This document shows, piece after piece, positions 1-9,054 of a DNA stretch of 17,275 nt (the first letter of the stretch is position 1; every line of letters starts with the position of its first letter). Below the pieces are notes generated by a model. The model was not told the origin of the DNA. It made no database searches and saw nothing but the letters and a program-made list of their open reading frames with translations. The translations under genes were made by a program, and so were the position numbers. Source of the DNA: Amoeboradix gromovi X-113 (taxonomy: Eukaryota > Fungi > Sanchytriomycota). The stretch lies in NCBI GenBank assembly GCA_018985225.1, contig JADGIF010000148.1, forward strand, positions 1 through 17,275, read 5' to 3'.

Positions 1-105
1 TCAGTCGCTGGTGTAGGGAGTCAACTGGCATTGTCTCTTTCCTGTGGATATTATCGGTTTCTATGAAGCAGGACTTCTAGTGAGAGCCATGAAATTACGA
101 AACAG
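1..105 (+). ncRNA. Putative Fanzor2 omega-RNA-like scaffold / element right end, copy A (cut by window start)
   Basis: Shares CTGGCATTGTC (25-35), CTGTGGATATT (42-52) and terminal ACAG (102-105) with copies B and D. TTTC...GAAA closing stem. Confidence 0.6.
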
Positions 106-111
106 TTTTCA

Positions 112-378
112 ATGGGTAGACAAAAAATCCCAGTAAACGAAATTATCGTCGATGAACGAAGAAGACAGGTAACCTTGTGCAAAAGAAAAAAAGGATTGTT
201 CAAAAAAGCTATGGAATTGGTAAAATTGACTGGGGTGGACGTGGCAGTTATTATTTTAAATAATGACAAGGCTTATGGCTATTCAAATCGGAATGTTAAC
301 GACATAGTATCACAATACTCTAGTCAAACAAAGATTCCCGAGTTTGATGCAAATGTTAGCATTGGAAACCATTTTTAA
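112..378 (+). CDS. MADS-box transcription factor, MEF2/Rlm1 type, 88 aa
   Basis: MGRQKI...DERRRQVTLCKRKKGLFKKAMELVKLTGVDVAVII is a clear MADS domain, followed by a short MEF2-like segment (KAYGYSN..VNDIVSQY). AATAAA follows the stop. Confidence 0.9.
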   Translation: MGRQKIPVNEIIVDERRRQVTLCKRKKGLFKKAMELVKLTGVDVAVIILNNDKAYGYSNRNVNDIVSQYSSQTKIPEFDANVSIGNHF

Positions 379-407
379 TTTAATAAATTTATTTTTATAA
401 TTCGTGT

Positions 408-668
408 AAGGACTATATTAGTAAAGCATTCAGTTGGTTGATCTAACTCTTCATTAATCTTCAATTAATATTCTTCTTAATTTTAACAACTTACCTCTAT
501 TATTCTACTTACAATATGAATCTGCTTCTCTTCTAATTTGCTAGTATTAAACGAGTCCATTAGCTTATAAACCTGCTCTGCGTTCAAAGGTGCTTGCACT
601 TTTGTAGACAAATTGAAAAGCATCGACCCTTGCTTTATCCTTTTTAATTTCAGATTCCTGAAATAAAC
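408..668 (-). pseudogene. Possible decayed Fanzor2/TnpB C-terminal fragment
   Basis: Minus-strand frame VYFRNLKLKRIKQGSMLFNLSTKVQAPLNAEQVYK...EEKQIHIVS, then ELDQ...TNIVL. Resembles the Fanzor2 pattern NLSKxxKRxL..YKF..xxIVxE..LDRD.NAxxNI. Zinc cysteines are absent. Confidence 0.35.
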
Positions 669-813
669 CTGAGACTAAACTAGAAGCAAGAAGTTTAATG
701 CTTAGAGACCGCTATTTATTAAAGTTCAGTTTAATATATTTCTGACTCGTTCATTGGACGCAATCCAAATCATTCCACCTCAACGTTCAAAACCAATTAG
801 CCCCCATACAGAA

Positions 814-2130
814 ATGAATCAAAATATCGCGGTTTCGCTCTTTGCTGCATGTATTGGTACTTTTCATTTTGGATTTCACCTTGCAGAATTAAATGCTCCT
901 AGAACTCTAATACAATGTCAAAATGCTGCACAGTCCAACTGCATAAACATGACAGATTTTGACTATTCTTTAATTACAGCTGTGTTTGCGATCGGCGGAC
1001 TAATAGGCACCCTATTAGCCAGTTTTCTAACCTATGGCAGAAGACCGCAATTATTTTTATCCGCTATTTTGACTATTGTTGGGTCATTGATTTTAACAAC
1101 TGGATCTCTTATATCCCTGTTAATTGTTGGAAGATTGGTTGTAGGAATTAGCGGTGGTTTAGCCCTATTTAATACTCCAATTTACATAAACGAAATATCA
1201 CCCTTACACTTGCGAGGTACTCTTGGGACAGTAAGTCAAATTGCTATCACGTTTGGAATATTCGTTGCATCTCTGTTGGGATACTTGCTTACAGAGTGGA
1301 GATATATCGTTGGATTTCCTGTTATTACTAGTTGGATTCAGATATTAGCCCTTTCGCGTTGTTATGAATCTCCAAAGTATCTTTTTAGGGCATCTGAGTC
1401 AAACAGAGACGATTCTAGATCGATTCTAGAGAAATTTAGGCCCTCTGGTTATGATACAATTCAAGAAATGGACTCCTGGCACCAAAAGTCTGACACTCTA
1501 GAAATCACGTTTATGGAGTTTTTACGCGACAAGGTATACCTAAAGCTACTTATTGGTATAGTTGCTGCTCATTCTAGTATGCAACTAACAGGTATAAATG
1601 TCGTTTTCTTTTATTCCGTTTCTATCCTAAAACAACTATTTGGAAATCAAGCAGCTTTTTATTCGCTGATCATTTCTGTGTACAACATTCTGTCTACGCT
1701 AATATCTTCTTTGTTAATAGAACGTGTAGGCCGCAAGAAGCTCTTGATGATTAGCATAGTCTGGACATCTGCTTCGCAATTGGGCTTGATGTTAAGTCTA
1801 ATTTGTAACATGCCAGCACTCGCACTAGTGTTCTTTATATCAATAGTTACTGGGTTTTCTGTTGGATTGTGTGTCATTCCTTTTATTCTAATCGGTGAGT
1901 TGTTTGATGGCATATCTGTCGAGTATGCAAATAGCGTAGCAAATCCTGTGAATTGGATTTCTACTTTTCTTGTTTCGTTTGGATTTATTCCCCTTACAGG
2001 GATTTTGAATGAATATGTATTTTTGATTTTCGTAGCATATGGAGCGATATCATTTTTCATAATGCTAAAATGTATTCCGGAAACTAAAGGGATTACACCT
2101 TCTGATTTGCAGAAGAGATTAAGACAATAA
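814..2130 (+). CDS. MFS sugar porter (GLUT/SLC2-like hexose transporter)
   Basis: Motifs GTFHFGFH, YGRR, PIYINEISPLHLRG, ESPKYL, QLTGINVVFFYS, ERVGRK, PETKG, with about 12 hydrophobic segments. First ATG is at 814; the ORF track start at 754 is TTG. Confidence 0.93.
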   Translation: MNQNIAVSLFAACIGTFHFGFHLAELNAPRTLIQCQNAAQSNCINMTDFDYSLITAVFAIGGLIGTLLASFLTYGRRPQLFLSAILTIVGSLILTTGSLISLLIVGRLVVGISGGLALFNTPIYINEISPLHLRGTLGTVSQIAITFGIFVASLLGYLLTEWRYIVGFPVITSWIQILALSRCYESPKYLFRASESNRDDSRSILEKFRPSGYDTIQEMDSWHQKSDTLEITFMEFLRDKVYLKLLIGIVAAHSSMQLTGINVVFFYSVSILKQLFGNQAAFYSLIISVYNILSTLISSLLIERVGRKKLLMISIVWTSASQLGLMLSLICNMPALALVFFISIVTGFSVGLCVIPFILIGELFDGISVEYANSVANPVNWISTFLVSFGFIPLTGILNEYVFLIFVAYGAISFFIMLKCIPETKGITPSDLQKRLRQ

Positions 2131-2163
2131 ATAAATTTGTTTAAAGAATATCCTTCTTGTTTG

Positions 2164-2577
2164 ATGTCGAATCCTGCAAAAGGTGGAACACGACTGGATG
2201 ATTTTGACTTCAAACATACCTTTAAAGGCAAGAATGATTTGTTAAATGAACTAAAAATGAAGGAAAGAGATGCTCGTAAAGAATTAATAGAAGAAACAAT
2301 AAATGGTGAAAAATTGGTGGATTACGAAAGTAGCACAGAGGAAAGCAATAATACAGCGAGTGAAGATACAGACAGTAGCGACAATTTAGAAGATTTACTA
2401 ACAGAACTAGAACACAAGGAGCCCGTGAACATTGAATCACAATTTAAATTAAAACGGAAATGGGACGAAGACGTTGTGTTCAGCAACACGCCATCTGCAC
2501 CAAAGAAAGCCAAACATATTAACGATAAACTGAATAGCGCAGAACATATTAAGTTCATGTCAAAGCTATTCAAATGA
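2164..2577 (+). CDS. CWC15: Spliceosome NTC-associated protein Cwc15
   Basis: N-terminal PAKGG, acidic middle region, and C-terminal FKLKRKWDEDVVFSN...INDKLNSAEHIKFMSK, matching the Cwc15 KRRWDDDVVF...NDxxRSxFHxKFM signature. First ATG at 2164. Confidence 0.88.
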   Translation: MSNPAKGGTRLDDFDFKHTFKGKNDLLNELKMKERDARKELIEETINGEKLVDYESSTEESNNTASEDTDSSDNLEDLLTELEHKEPVNIESQFKLKRKWDEDVVFSNTPSAPKKAKHINDKLNSAEHIKFMSKLFK

Positions 2578-2617
2578 ATTGCATTGGAAATTTATTAAAC
2601 ACGGATAAAAGAAATAA

Positions 2618-3679
2618 ATGCCGTTAATCACAATAACCGGCTATCCTTCTTCTGGAAAGTCTACAAGATCCAGGCAGCTTAAGCAGTTGCTTCGCAGATA
2701 CGCAAATGAATCTGTAGAATATAAAAAACAAGAGCTATTTGGGTCTACTGACATGATAGACCCAATGTCTCGATTTTTTGAACCGCAAATGACAATCAAA
2801 GAAGAAAGCACAATAGCCGAATTAGACAAAAACACCCTAGATCCAATTGAGTGTGAGTCTGTGGTTTTCAATGGCCATAAATTTCAAGTTATAATTTTGA
2901 GTGATGAGTCGTTGCATATTGATGTCAATTTGTATGAAAATTCTTTTTCAGAAAAACAGGCACGCGCGACTCTGTTAAGCGCTGTAGAGAGACACCTTAC
3001 CCCCGATACTATTGTAATTTGCGATGCATTAAACTATATTAAAGGTTTTCGCTACCAGTTGTCTTGCATAGCTCGCGCAGTAGGCACTCAATGGTGTGTT
3101 CTTCATGTTGATACTCCTGCCTCAATTTCGAAAGGCTGGAACAGCAAGTACTCTGATCGGTTGTTTGATAACCTTATTTATCGCTATGAAGAGCCAGTAG
3201 CTTCAAACAGATGGGACTCTCCATTATTTACTCTGGTATATTCTAAGTGCCTATACAGCAGTGATATGCCGCTTAATTCAGCCGATCATGCACCATTAAT
3301 TGACATTTGTGACTTCGTTTTTGGTGGTACCGCTAAAACTCAAAATTTTTCTACCGTCCATAAGCCTGTTTGCGATTCCAATTATCTGCAGGTCTTGAAC
3401 AAAACGACGATGCAGGTAGTGAAGGATGTGTTAAAAATATCAAATACAATTCCGGGTGCGGAAATTAAGCTGTATTCTAATCTTGATGTTGTGTTTATTA
3501 TGCCATTGAGAGTATCTAAACAAAAGTTAAAAGGGTTGCAAAGGTCATTTGTTAATTTAAGAACTAACAATTGCGCAAATGTCTCAGACATCAACTCAGA
3601 AAACGATGAAAATCTTAAAACCCTGTTTATTGAATATTTAAATGAAAGTTTAGAAGAAGTGAATAAAAATTTAGCGTAA
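2618..3679 (+). CDS. KTI12: Elongator-associated P-loop protein Kti12
   Basis: MPLITITGYPSSGKST P-loop, EKQAR, DALNYIKGFRYQL, RYEEP...RWDSPLF. Confidence 0.93.
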   Translation: MPLITITGYPSSGKSTRSRQLKQLLRRYANESVEYKKQELFGSTDMIDPMSRFFEPQMTIKEESTIAELDKNTLDPIECESVVFNGHKFQVIILSDESLHIDVNLYENSFSEKQARATLLSAVERHLTPDTIVICDALNYIKGFRYQLSCIARAVGTQWCVLHVDTPASISKGWNSKYSDRLFDNLIYRYEEPVASNRWDSPLFTLVYSKCLYSSDMPLNSADHAPLIDICDFVFGGTAKTQNFSTVHKPVCDSNYLQVLNKTTMQVVKDVLKISNTIPGAEIKLYSNLDVVFIMPLRVSKQKLKGLQRSFVNLRTNNCANVSDINSENDENLKTLFIEYLNESLEEVNKNLA

Positions 3680-3691
3680 TTTAATAAACTT

Positions 3692-4591
3692 TTACTTTTC
3701 CAGTACCATTTCTATGAATGATTCCGGGTCATTCAGAACTTGATCCACAATCAGTATTTTATTCACGGGCCGAACTGTTTTAGATAGAATTGGCAACTGC
3801 TTCTTACCAATTAGTGTCTTAAACATAGGCAGCAAAGCAATCCCACATATGTTATCGGCATTCTTCTGATAAACTAAATCGCCCTGAAGACTAAACTCAT
3901 AACATGAACTACTAGTACTGCAAACAACATTTTGGCCTTTCCATAATATGTGCTTGCAATCCTCAACTGTTTTCAAGAGTCTGAAAACTTTGTTCTTAAA
4001 CGTACCAACTTCACCATTAACTAGAACAACGCATATGCCATAAATTCCGATGTCAAAATCTACTATACCGTACTCCAAAGTGACATCCTGAATCAGCTTG
4101 TTTTTGTAGCATTTGAGATGCTTATCAGCTGAAGAGATATAAAAAACACTATCCCATAACTTGATTTGAGAAACACCTAAAGAATGCATAAATTCATCAA
4201 CACAAGTGAAAGAGTTAGACAGTATTTGATCTAAATACCACACTTTCACAGAGCCATCTGAGCATCCAGTTAGCAAGTAATACTCGTTATGTTCAATACC
4301 AGTTATCATCTGATAATGTGCTTCAAAAGTACAAAGCAGGTCTCCTTTCAAATTATAAATCAGCACTTTGCCTGTAACAGTCCCAAGAATTAAATAGTCC
4401 CTCAAGTTCATGCAGCTCAGTGAAGGTATGCTGACCATTTTTACTTGACCATGCCAATTTTGAATTGTGATTGTATTGTCATGATAACTAATTATATATT
4501 TATTGCTCATTTGCAAAAGACTGCTGCTTGTGTTAAAAGTCCTTTCCTTTGTGATTATTTGCGATGTTGTATGAATTGCAACGATATTCAT
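3692..4591 (-). CDS. WD40 protein, IPI3/WDR18-like (Rix1 complex, pre-rRNA processing)
   Basis: GKVLIYNLKGDLLCTFEAHYQMITGI...LLTGCSDGSVKVWYL resembles the Ipi3/WDR18 G.LL..F.AHYQ.IT motif. Shortened protein. Confidence 0.7.
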   Translation of the reverse strand: MNIVAIHTTSQIITKERTFNTSSSLLQMSNKYIISYHDNTITIQNWHGQVKMVSIPSLSCMNLRDYLILGTVTGKVLIYNLKGDLLCTFEAHYQMITGIEHNEYYLLTGCSDGSVKVWYLDQILSNSFTCVDEFMHSLGVSQIKLWDSVFYISSADKHLKCYKNKLIQDVTLEYGIVDFDIGIYGICVVLVNGEVGTFKNKVFRLLKTVEDCKHILWKGQNVVCSTSSSCYEFSLQGDLVYQKNADNICGIALLPMFKTLIGKKQLPILSKTVRPVNKILIVDQVLNDPESFIEMVLEK

Positions 4592-4624
4592 TGGTTTGAT
4601 CCTTTGTTATTAAACGCAGGGTTA

Positions 4625-6256
4625 ATGCTTCCAGACTGCAAACCGATAGATCTCGATTATTTCAGTTCGACGCAGGATGGGTTCATTGGTAGTGTTTATG
4701 GTGACGGTTCTACCGGATTAATCTTCAGTCCCCCATTTAGGATTCATATGGGAACCCATTTGAATCGCGGTGATCGACAATTTATTTTAAACGAAATGAG
4801 ACAGAAATATACTGCAGAGTATTTGTATTTAGATAGGATTACCCAAACAGAATATGTTGATAATGAAAAACTGCTAGAGTACCAAAGTCGCTTGTATTAT
4901 CCACTGTACAATCGCTTATATTTAAGTTACAACAACCTTGAATTTCACTCAGATAGCATATGTAGTAGTACTGTTTATGATATTCAAGTTCAAAAGGAAA
5001 CGCTCTTCGCGAGACTAATGTCATCAGTAGTGTACTTCCCAATCTCAGATCCAAAAAAGGTTCGCTATACAAATCAGTCCAGTTTATTATTAGACGTACT
5101 ACCTGATGAAATTTATGATACTCTTTATTTAGGAATTAATAACTATTACCTTAAGATATTTGATCTAGAACATAACAAAAAGATTCGGTCATTTGCTTTC
5201 AAAACATGCTCCAGTGATATACCATTGCCTTACAAGTGGTGCTGCATACAACCTGGTACTTGGCAATTTGAAAAATACTTTGTGAATGAAAAATATATTT
5301 ATCTGGTGGATATTCGCGAGAATCAAGCAAACGCACTTGTGAACCTAAAGCATCTGAAGTACTTTGGATTTAAGAAGTGTAGTGACATGAACTACGTCAG
5401 TTTAGACAGCGATTCTGTGAATCTGTACGACACTCGAATGATATCTACCCCCTTATTATCTCGCAATCACGAAATAAGGAACATGGCGCCCAGATTGTAT
5501 GATGTTAGCATGGCTAAAAATATTCTTTCAGTTCTTGTCGGATCGTTTTCGTATCCAAGCTTGCGTGTTATTGAATTTGAAGAATCTAATAAATGGCATG
5601 TCAATTACAACATAAAAGAAAGTGATGTCTACCCATTTGATGGCGATCATTTTGCTTACTGGGACAACAAAGATACTTCTCATTTAAAGCTTCTTTCCGC
5701 CACGTATAAGAATAAAGAGGATATAATATTGGTTTATAACGATGGCACCCAATGCAATGCTAAGATGAATCGCAAAGAAACTGAATGCTCAAAATTGCCA
5801 GTTTGTTATTCAAGTAAGTTGAAATATGAAGAAGTCGTGGAAGAGAGTTTGATATTGAACGACACAAACATTGTTGGCTCATTGAAATCAGACGAATTTG
5901 ATACTGATTATAAGAAAGCCTTGCCTTTAAAATTTTTCAAGAATGATAGAATAAGAAAATTATTATCAAAACGGCTGGAAAATGACTCAACAGATTTAGA
6001 AACATTACCATGGGATACTGTGGAGATGCCGAGTGAAATGGCATTGATAATTAGTTATCCTGATAACCCTAATAAAATGGTATGGAAATTTGCTCAGAGA
6101 TTCAAGCAAATGATGGCACAAAATGAATCCTGCTATAGTACACTAATAAACTTTCAGGAGACTGGATTTTCCACAAATCTTCCCTCAATTGTGAACACAT
6201 CTGCGTTCAAACTTCAAAAACCTGTGAAAAAGAAGAAGAAGAGAAAGCTTGTTTAA
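4625..6256 (+). CDS. Possible RNA polymerase I core factor subunit RRN6/TAF1C-like protein
   Basis: Long ORF with beta-propeller-like IYLVDIR and LYDTRMISTPLLSRNH (compare D.R.P..PLL.W.H) and a basic KKKKKRK tail. Start placed at ATG 4625 to avoid overlap with the minus-strand WD40 gene. The CDS is likely real; the identity is tentative. Confidence 0.5.
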   Translation: MLPDCKPIDLDYFSSTQDGFIGSVYGDGSTGLIFSPPFRIHMGTHLNRGDRQFILNEMRQKYTAEYLYLDRITQTEYVDNEKLLEYQSRLYYPLYNRLYLSYNNLEFHSDSICSSTVYDIQVQKETLFARLMSSVVYFPISDPKKVRYTNQSSLLLDVLPDEIYDTLYLGINNYYLKIFDLEHNKKIRSFAFKTCSSDIPLPYKWCCIQPGTWQFEKYFVNEKYIYLVDIRENQANALVNLKHLKYFGFKKCSDMNYVSLDSDSVNLYDTRMISTPLLSRNHEIRNMAPRLYDVSMAKNILSVLVGSFSYPSLRVIEFEESNKWHVNYNIKESDVYPFDGDHFAYWDNKDTSHLKLLSATYKNKEDIILVYNDGTQCNAKMNRKETECSKLPVCYSSKLKYEEVVEESLILNDTNIVGSLKSDEFDTDYKKALPLKFFKNDRIRKLLSKRLENDSTDLETLPWDTVEMPSEMALIISYPDNPNKMVWKFAQRFKQMMAQNESCYSTLINFQETGFSTNLPSIVNTSAFKLQKPVKKKKKRKLV

Positions 6257-6319
6257 TAAACCAATTTTTTATTTCAATAGTTTAAAAGAAAATTTGCTCG
6301 ATACACGAGGGAACTTTTA

Positions 6320-6907
6320 ATGACTGGAGTAAAGTTTGCAGTAGTTTGTGCTAGTAACTTCAATCGAAGTATGGAAGGCCACTGCGTAATGCTGGATGCA
6401 GAACTCGATGTAAAGTCATACGGAACCGGAACTAGTTGCAAGTTGCCGGGTAAAAAGCAAAATCAACCAAACATTTACAAATATGGAGAAGCCACTTATC
6501 AGGAGATATATGAAGATTTGGAAAAGCAGGATCTTGAGTTTTATACCAACAATGGATTGATTAAGATGGTTGACAGAAATAGAAAGATCAAAGAGAGACC
6601 GGAAAAGTTTCAAATTAGCGCGAAGAATCATAAGTTTGATGTCATTATATGCTGCGAAGAAAGGGTTTTTGATGCAGTTATTGAGGATTTGGCCAGTAGA
6701 GAATACAGCAACCATCCTGTTCATGTTTTAAATGTTGAAATAAAAGACAATGCTGAGCAAGCTAAACTTGGTGGTGAAATAATTAGAGAGCTGGCTTTGA
6801 GCTTTGAGAAAAGTAGTAACATACACACTGAAGGATTCAAAATTGTTACAGAAACAAAGTCGAAATACTTAAATACAAGATTTATGTACTGCGTTTCAAT
6901 AAACTAA
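6320..6907 (+). CDS. SSU72: RNA polymerase II CTD phosphatase Ssu72
   Basis: VCASNFNRSMEGH catalytic CX5R motif, SYGTG..KLPG, FDVIICCEERVFD. Confidence 0.96.
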   Translation: MTGVKFAVVCASNFNRSMEGHCVMLDAELDVKSYGTGTSCKLPGKKQNQPNIYKYGEATYQEIYEDLEKQDLEFYTNNGLIKMVDRNRKIKERPEKFQISAKNHKFDVIICCEERVFDAVIEDLASREYSNHPVHVLNVEIKDNAEQAKLGGEIIRELALSFEKSSNIHTEGFKIVTETKSKYLNTRFMYCVSIN

Positions 6908-6954
6908 GAGTTATCTACTTTTTCTTTCGATTGCTATTATTCGCACTATCTATT

Positions 6955-7190
6955 ATGGTACTACCTGAAATCTCTAACACCTTCTACAAAAAATTGATGG
7001 CACTTGGAAATATCCCATATATTAAGATTTCATTATCCGAAAAGCCCTTGAAAACACTTGCTTTTTAGTTCTATACTCATACGCAAATATAACCAGAGTG
7101 ATTTACCAAGCGCATACTCTTGTTTCTTACTGCAATGCCACAATGACCCTTTCTGTTTCGCGTATGACTGTCGTTGCCATATAAACCTTC
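6955..7190 (+). pseudogene. Possible heavily decayed Fanzor2/TnpB C-terminal fragment
   Basis: Frameshifted pieces in the expected order: VLPE, KSLTPSTK/KLMAL, C-SYCN (7121-7136), YDCRCHINL (7163-7189; compare YTCTDCHLKI in the remnant near 15980-16010). Confidence 0.35.
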
Positions 7191-7339
7191 TTTCGTCACT
7201 TTATTTCTCTACCACCGTATTTTAACTAGCGGCTTTCCTGGACAGGTTCCCTATACATCAGATTCACCTTATTGAGTTTGGTTCTGCTACAAAAGAAGGA
7301 TGGGACCTATGATGGTCTGATAAGATCTACATACCACAA

Positions 7340-7417
7340 TCTTGTGCCTTTTTGGTGGAATTTGGACTTCTGATATGTTTGTATCTTTTTCTTGTTATCA
7401 TCCGCTTTTACCCCCAG
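7340..7417 (+). ncRNA. Divergent candidate omega-RNA-like 3' domain, copy F
   Basis: GTGGAA (7355), stem GGA..TGATA/TATCA.TCC, GCTTT and terminal CAG (7415-7417): the same architecture as the other copies but with little sequence identity. Confidence 0.3.
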
Positions 7418-7434
7418 TCTGCTATTCATACAAA

Positions 7435-8634
7435 ATGTCCCACTTGTTTTTGTCCGTTAAGAAGCTTGGAAAGCCAAATTTGATAATACTAGGTGCTGGA
7501 CCAGTTGGTTTATGCGCTGCACATTTGCTAAGCAAGACCTGTGATGTGAAATTAATAGATTTTGCAATACCTCATGAGAAACCTACGGAATTTGGAACTC
7601 AGGTAGTATCATTGATTAAGCCATCTTTAAATATGCTGAATTCGATTATTGATTTGAACAGTGTATTGATGCAGCCATATTCAAGAGTCAAATGTCGAGT
7701 AGACTCGTCTGAATTCGCATTTCCAGTTGAAGCATGCATTTTAGACGTAGCCAGCCTAAAATATGAGTTGTATAGGAAATTGCCGCAAAATGTAAAGTTC
7801 ATCCAGGGCAAAATAGAGAGAATAGACTGCACTGCAGACTCTGTAACAGTGATTTGCAACAGTGATTCCCATCATTCCGAGATGGCTTTAAATACCCTAG
7901 GAAAATATAATGTATTTACCAGTAATGTTAAAAGGTTTGATTACCATGAGGTTGGAATAGTGGCTTCGTTAAAATTTACTGATAAAAACAGCCTAGGGTT
8001 TCAAAGATTTTTACCAACTGGTCCCATAGCGCTACTTCCAACTGGATCTGAGAGTGCTTCTTTGGTGTGGACTCTTCCTCGAAATGCTGGCGAGGATGTT
8101 ATCGAATATGCAAATAACTTGGAAAAAAGAACAAATTTGATTAACTTGGCGCTCCAAAATCCAGAGTATGATGTGGATTTTAAGTTGAGCAACCTAAATG
8201 AAGATTTGGAAGTTTGTAGTACAGACTACATCCCGAACGTAAAATCGGTGTCTAGCTTTAAATCATTTCCACTAGGGTTTCACCATTTATCTGAATGTGG
8301 CAAGGAAAGAATACTAGCCATAGGCGATGCTGCCCATTCCATACATCCTTTGGCAGGAATGGGACTAAATTTGGGTTTGGGTGATGTTAAGTCATTAGTG
8401 AGTATATTTGAAAATATGAAAACAAAAGTAGATGCAGAGAAGGTTATTGAGAATTTCGAAAAGCAATCCCATCTTAGAAGTTCATCGATGATATGGGCCT
8501 GTGATTTTATGCACGATATTTTTGCTACTCGTGGATCTTTTGTCTCGTTTGCTAGGGCTGTGTCAATAAAGGTGTTTAGTTCACAGTCATTCTGGTCAAA
8601 TTTTATGAGTGCGAAAGTTAATAAATTATTTTAA
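7435..8634 (+). CDS. COQ6: Ubiquinone biosynthesis FAD monooxygenase Coq6
   Basis: IILGAGPVG, FQRFLPTGPIALLP, SLVWT, FPL, GDAAHSIHPLAGMGLNLGLGDV. Likely ATG at 7435. Confidence 0.9.
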   Translation: MSHLFLSVKKLGKPNLIILGAGPVGLCAAHLLSKTCDVKLIDFAIPHEKPTEFGTQVVSLIKPSLNMLNSIIDLNSVLMQPYSRVKCRVDSSEFAFPVEACILDVASLKYELYRKLPQNVKFIQGKIERIDCTADSVTVICNSDSHHSEMALNTLGKYNVFTSNVKRFDYHEVGIVASLKFTDKNSLGFQRFLPTGPIALLPTGSESASLVWTLPRNAGEDVIEYANNLEKRTNLINLALQNPEYDVDFKLSNLNEDLEVCSTDYIPNVKSVSSFKSFPLGFHHLSECGKERILAIGDAAHSIHPLAGMGLNLGLGDVKSLVSIFENMKTKVDAEKVIENFEKQSHLRSSSMIWACDFMHDIFATRGSFVSFARAVSIKVFSSQSFWSNFMSAKVNKLF

Positions 8635-8794
8635 TTCCACTTGTTCTCGTTAGAAACCTTGATTTTCGGAAAAGTTTTGAATTTTCACAAAGAAATTAGC
8701 TAGGCTAGTAGCTCAGTTACGATGATTCTTACCCTTTAACTACCTTGAGGCTACATTAACTTTAAGTTATTTCTTTCCATTTAACATATTCCGG

Positions 8795-8905
8795 ATTACA
8801 TCACTTGATTCCATTTGTCATTTGAGGAAAGGAAAAATATTTGAGCAATCAAAAATGTTTAAAATAATTTAGTTATCAAGTGCTCGTCATAAATTCGTGA
8901 CAATG
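8795..8905 (+). pseudogene. Decayed Fanzor2/TnpB C-terminal tip
   Basis: A single frame reads ITSLDSICHLRKGKIFEQSKMFKII*LSSARHKF, matching the spacing of YTSKTCSxCG..KIFxCxxC...DRDxNxARNIF. It lies directly upstream of scaffold copy B. Confidence 0.4.
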
Positions 8906-8920
8906 ATTTATCTATTTAAT

Positions 8921-9054
8921 GAGTAGCGAAAGCTGAATTAGCACAAACAGCCGTAGAGCGTGAGCAACCACCTTAACAGGTCTGCTGGCATTGTCAGCCT
9001 TGCTGCGGAAATTCCTGATTTTCTCGTAAATCAGGAGTTCGTTATATAGCACAG
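8921..9054 (+). ncRNA. Putative Fanzor2 omega-RNA-like scaffold, copy B
   Basis: Co-linear with 15927-15821 (-): GTAGCGAAAGC, AGCGTGAGCAACCAC, hairpin CTGGC-ATT-GTCAG, TGCGGAAA, 12-bp hairpin AATTCCTGATTT/AAATCAGGAGTT, terminal ACAG. Confidence 0.72.

Noticed and set aside
618-645. Plus-strand SIDPC as a RuvC-I (xDPG) motif
   Set aside because: An isolated five-residue match without context. The opposite strand gives the longer resemblance.
4445-4624. N-terminal extension of the 603-aa ORF overlapping the WD40 gene
   Set aside because: It starts at TTG and is mostly antisense to a real gene. ATG 4625 is more parsimonious.
7342-7434. N-terminal extension of COQ6
   Set aside because: TTG start, and the region overlaps candidate scaffold F. 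ATG 7435 sits just before the Rossmann motif.
8921-9054. U3 snoRNA, SRP RNA, TPP riboswitch or hammerhead ribozyme
   Set aside because: GAGCGTGA resembles U3 box B, but the other required boxes and cores were not found. Homology to the Fanzor-adjacent copy explains it better.
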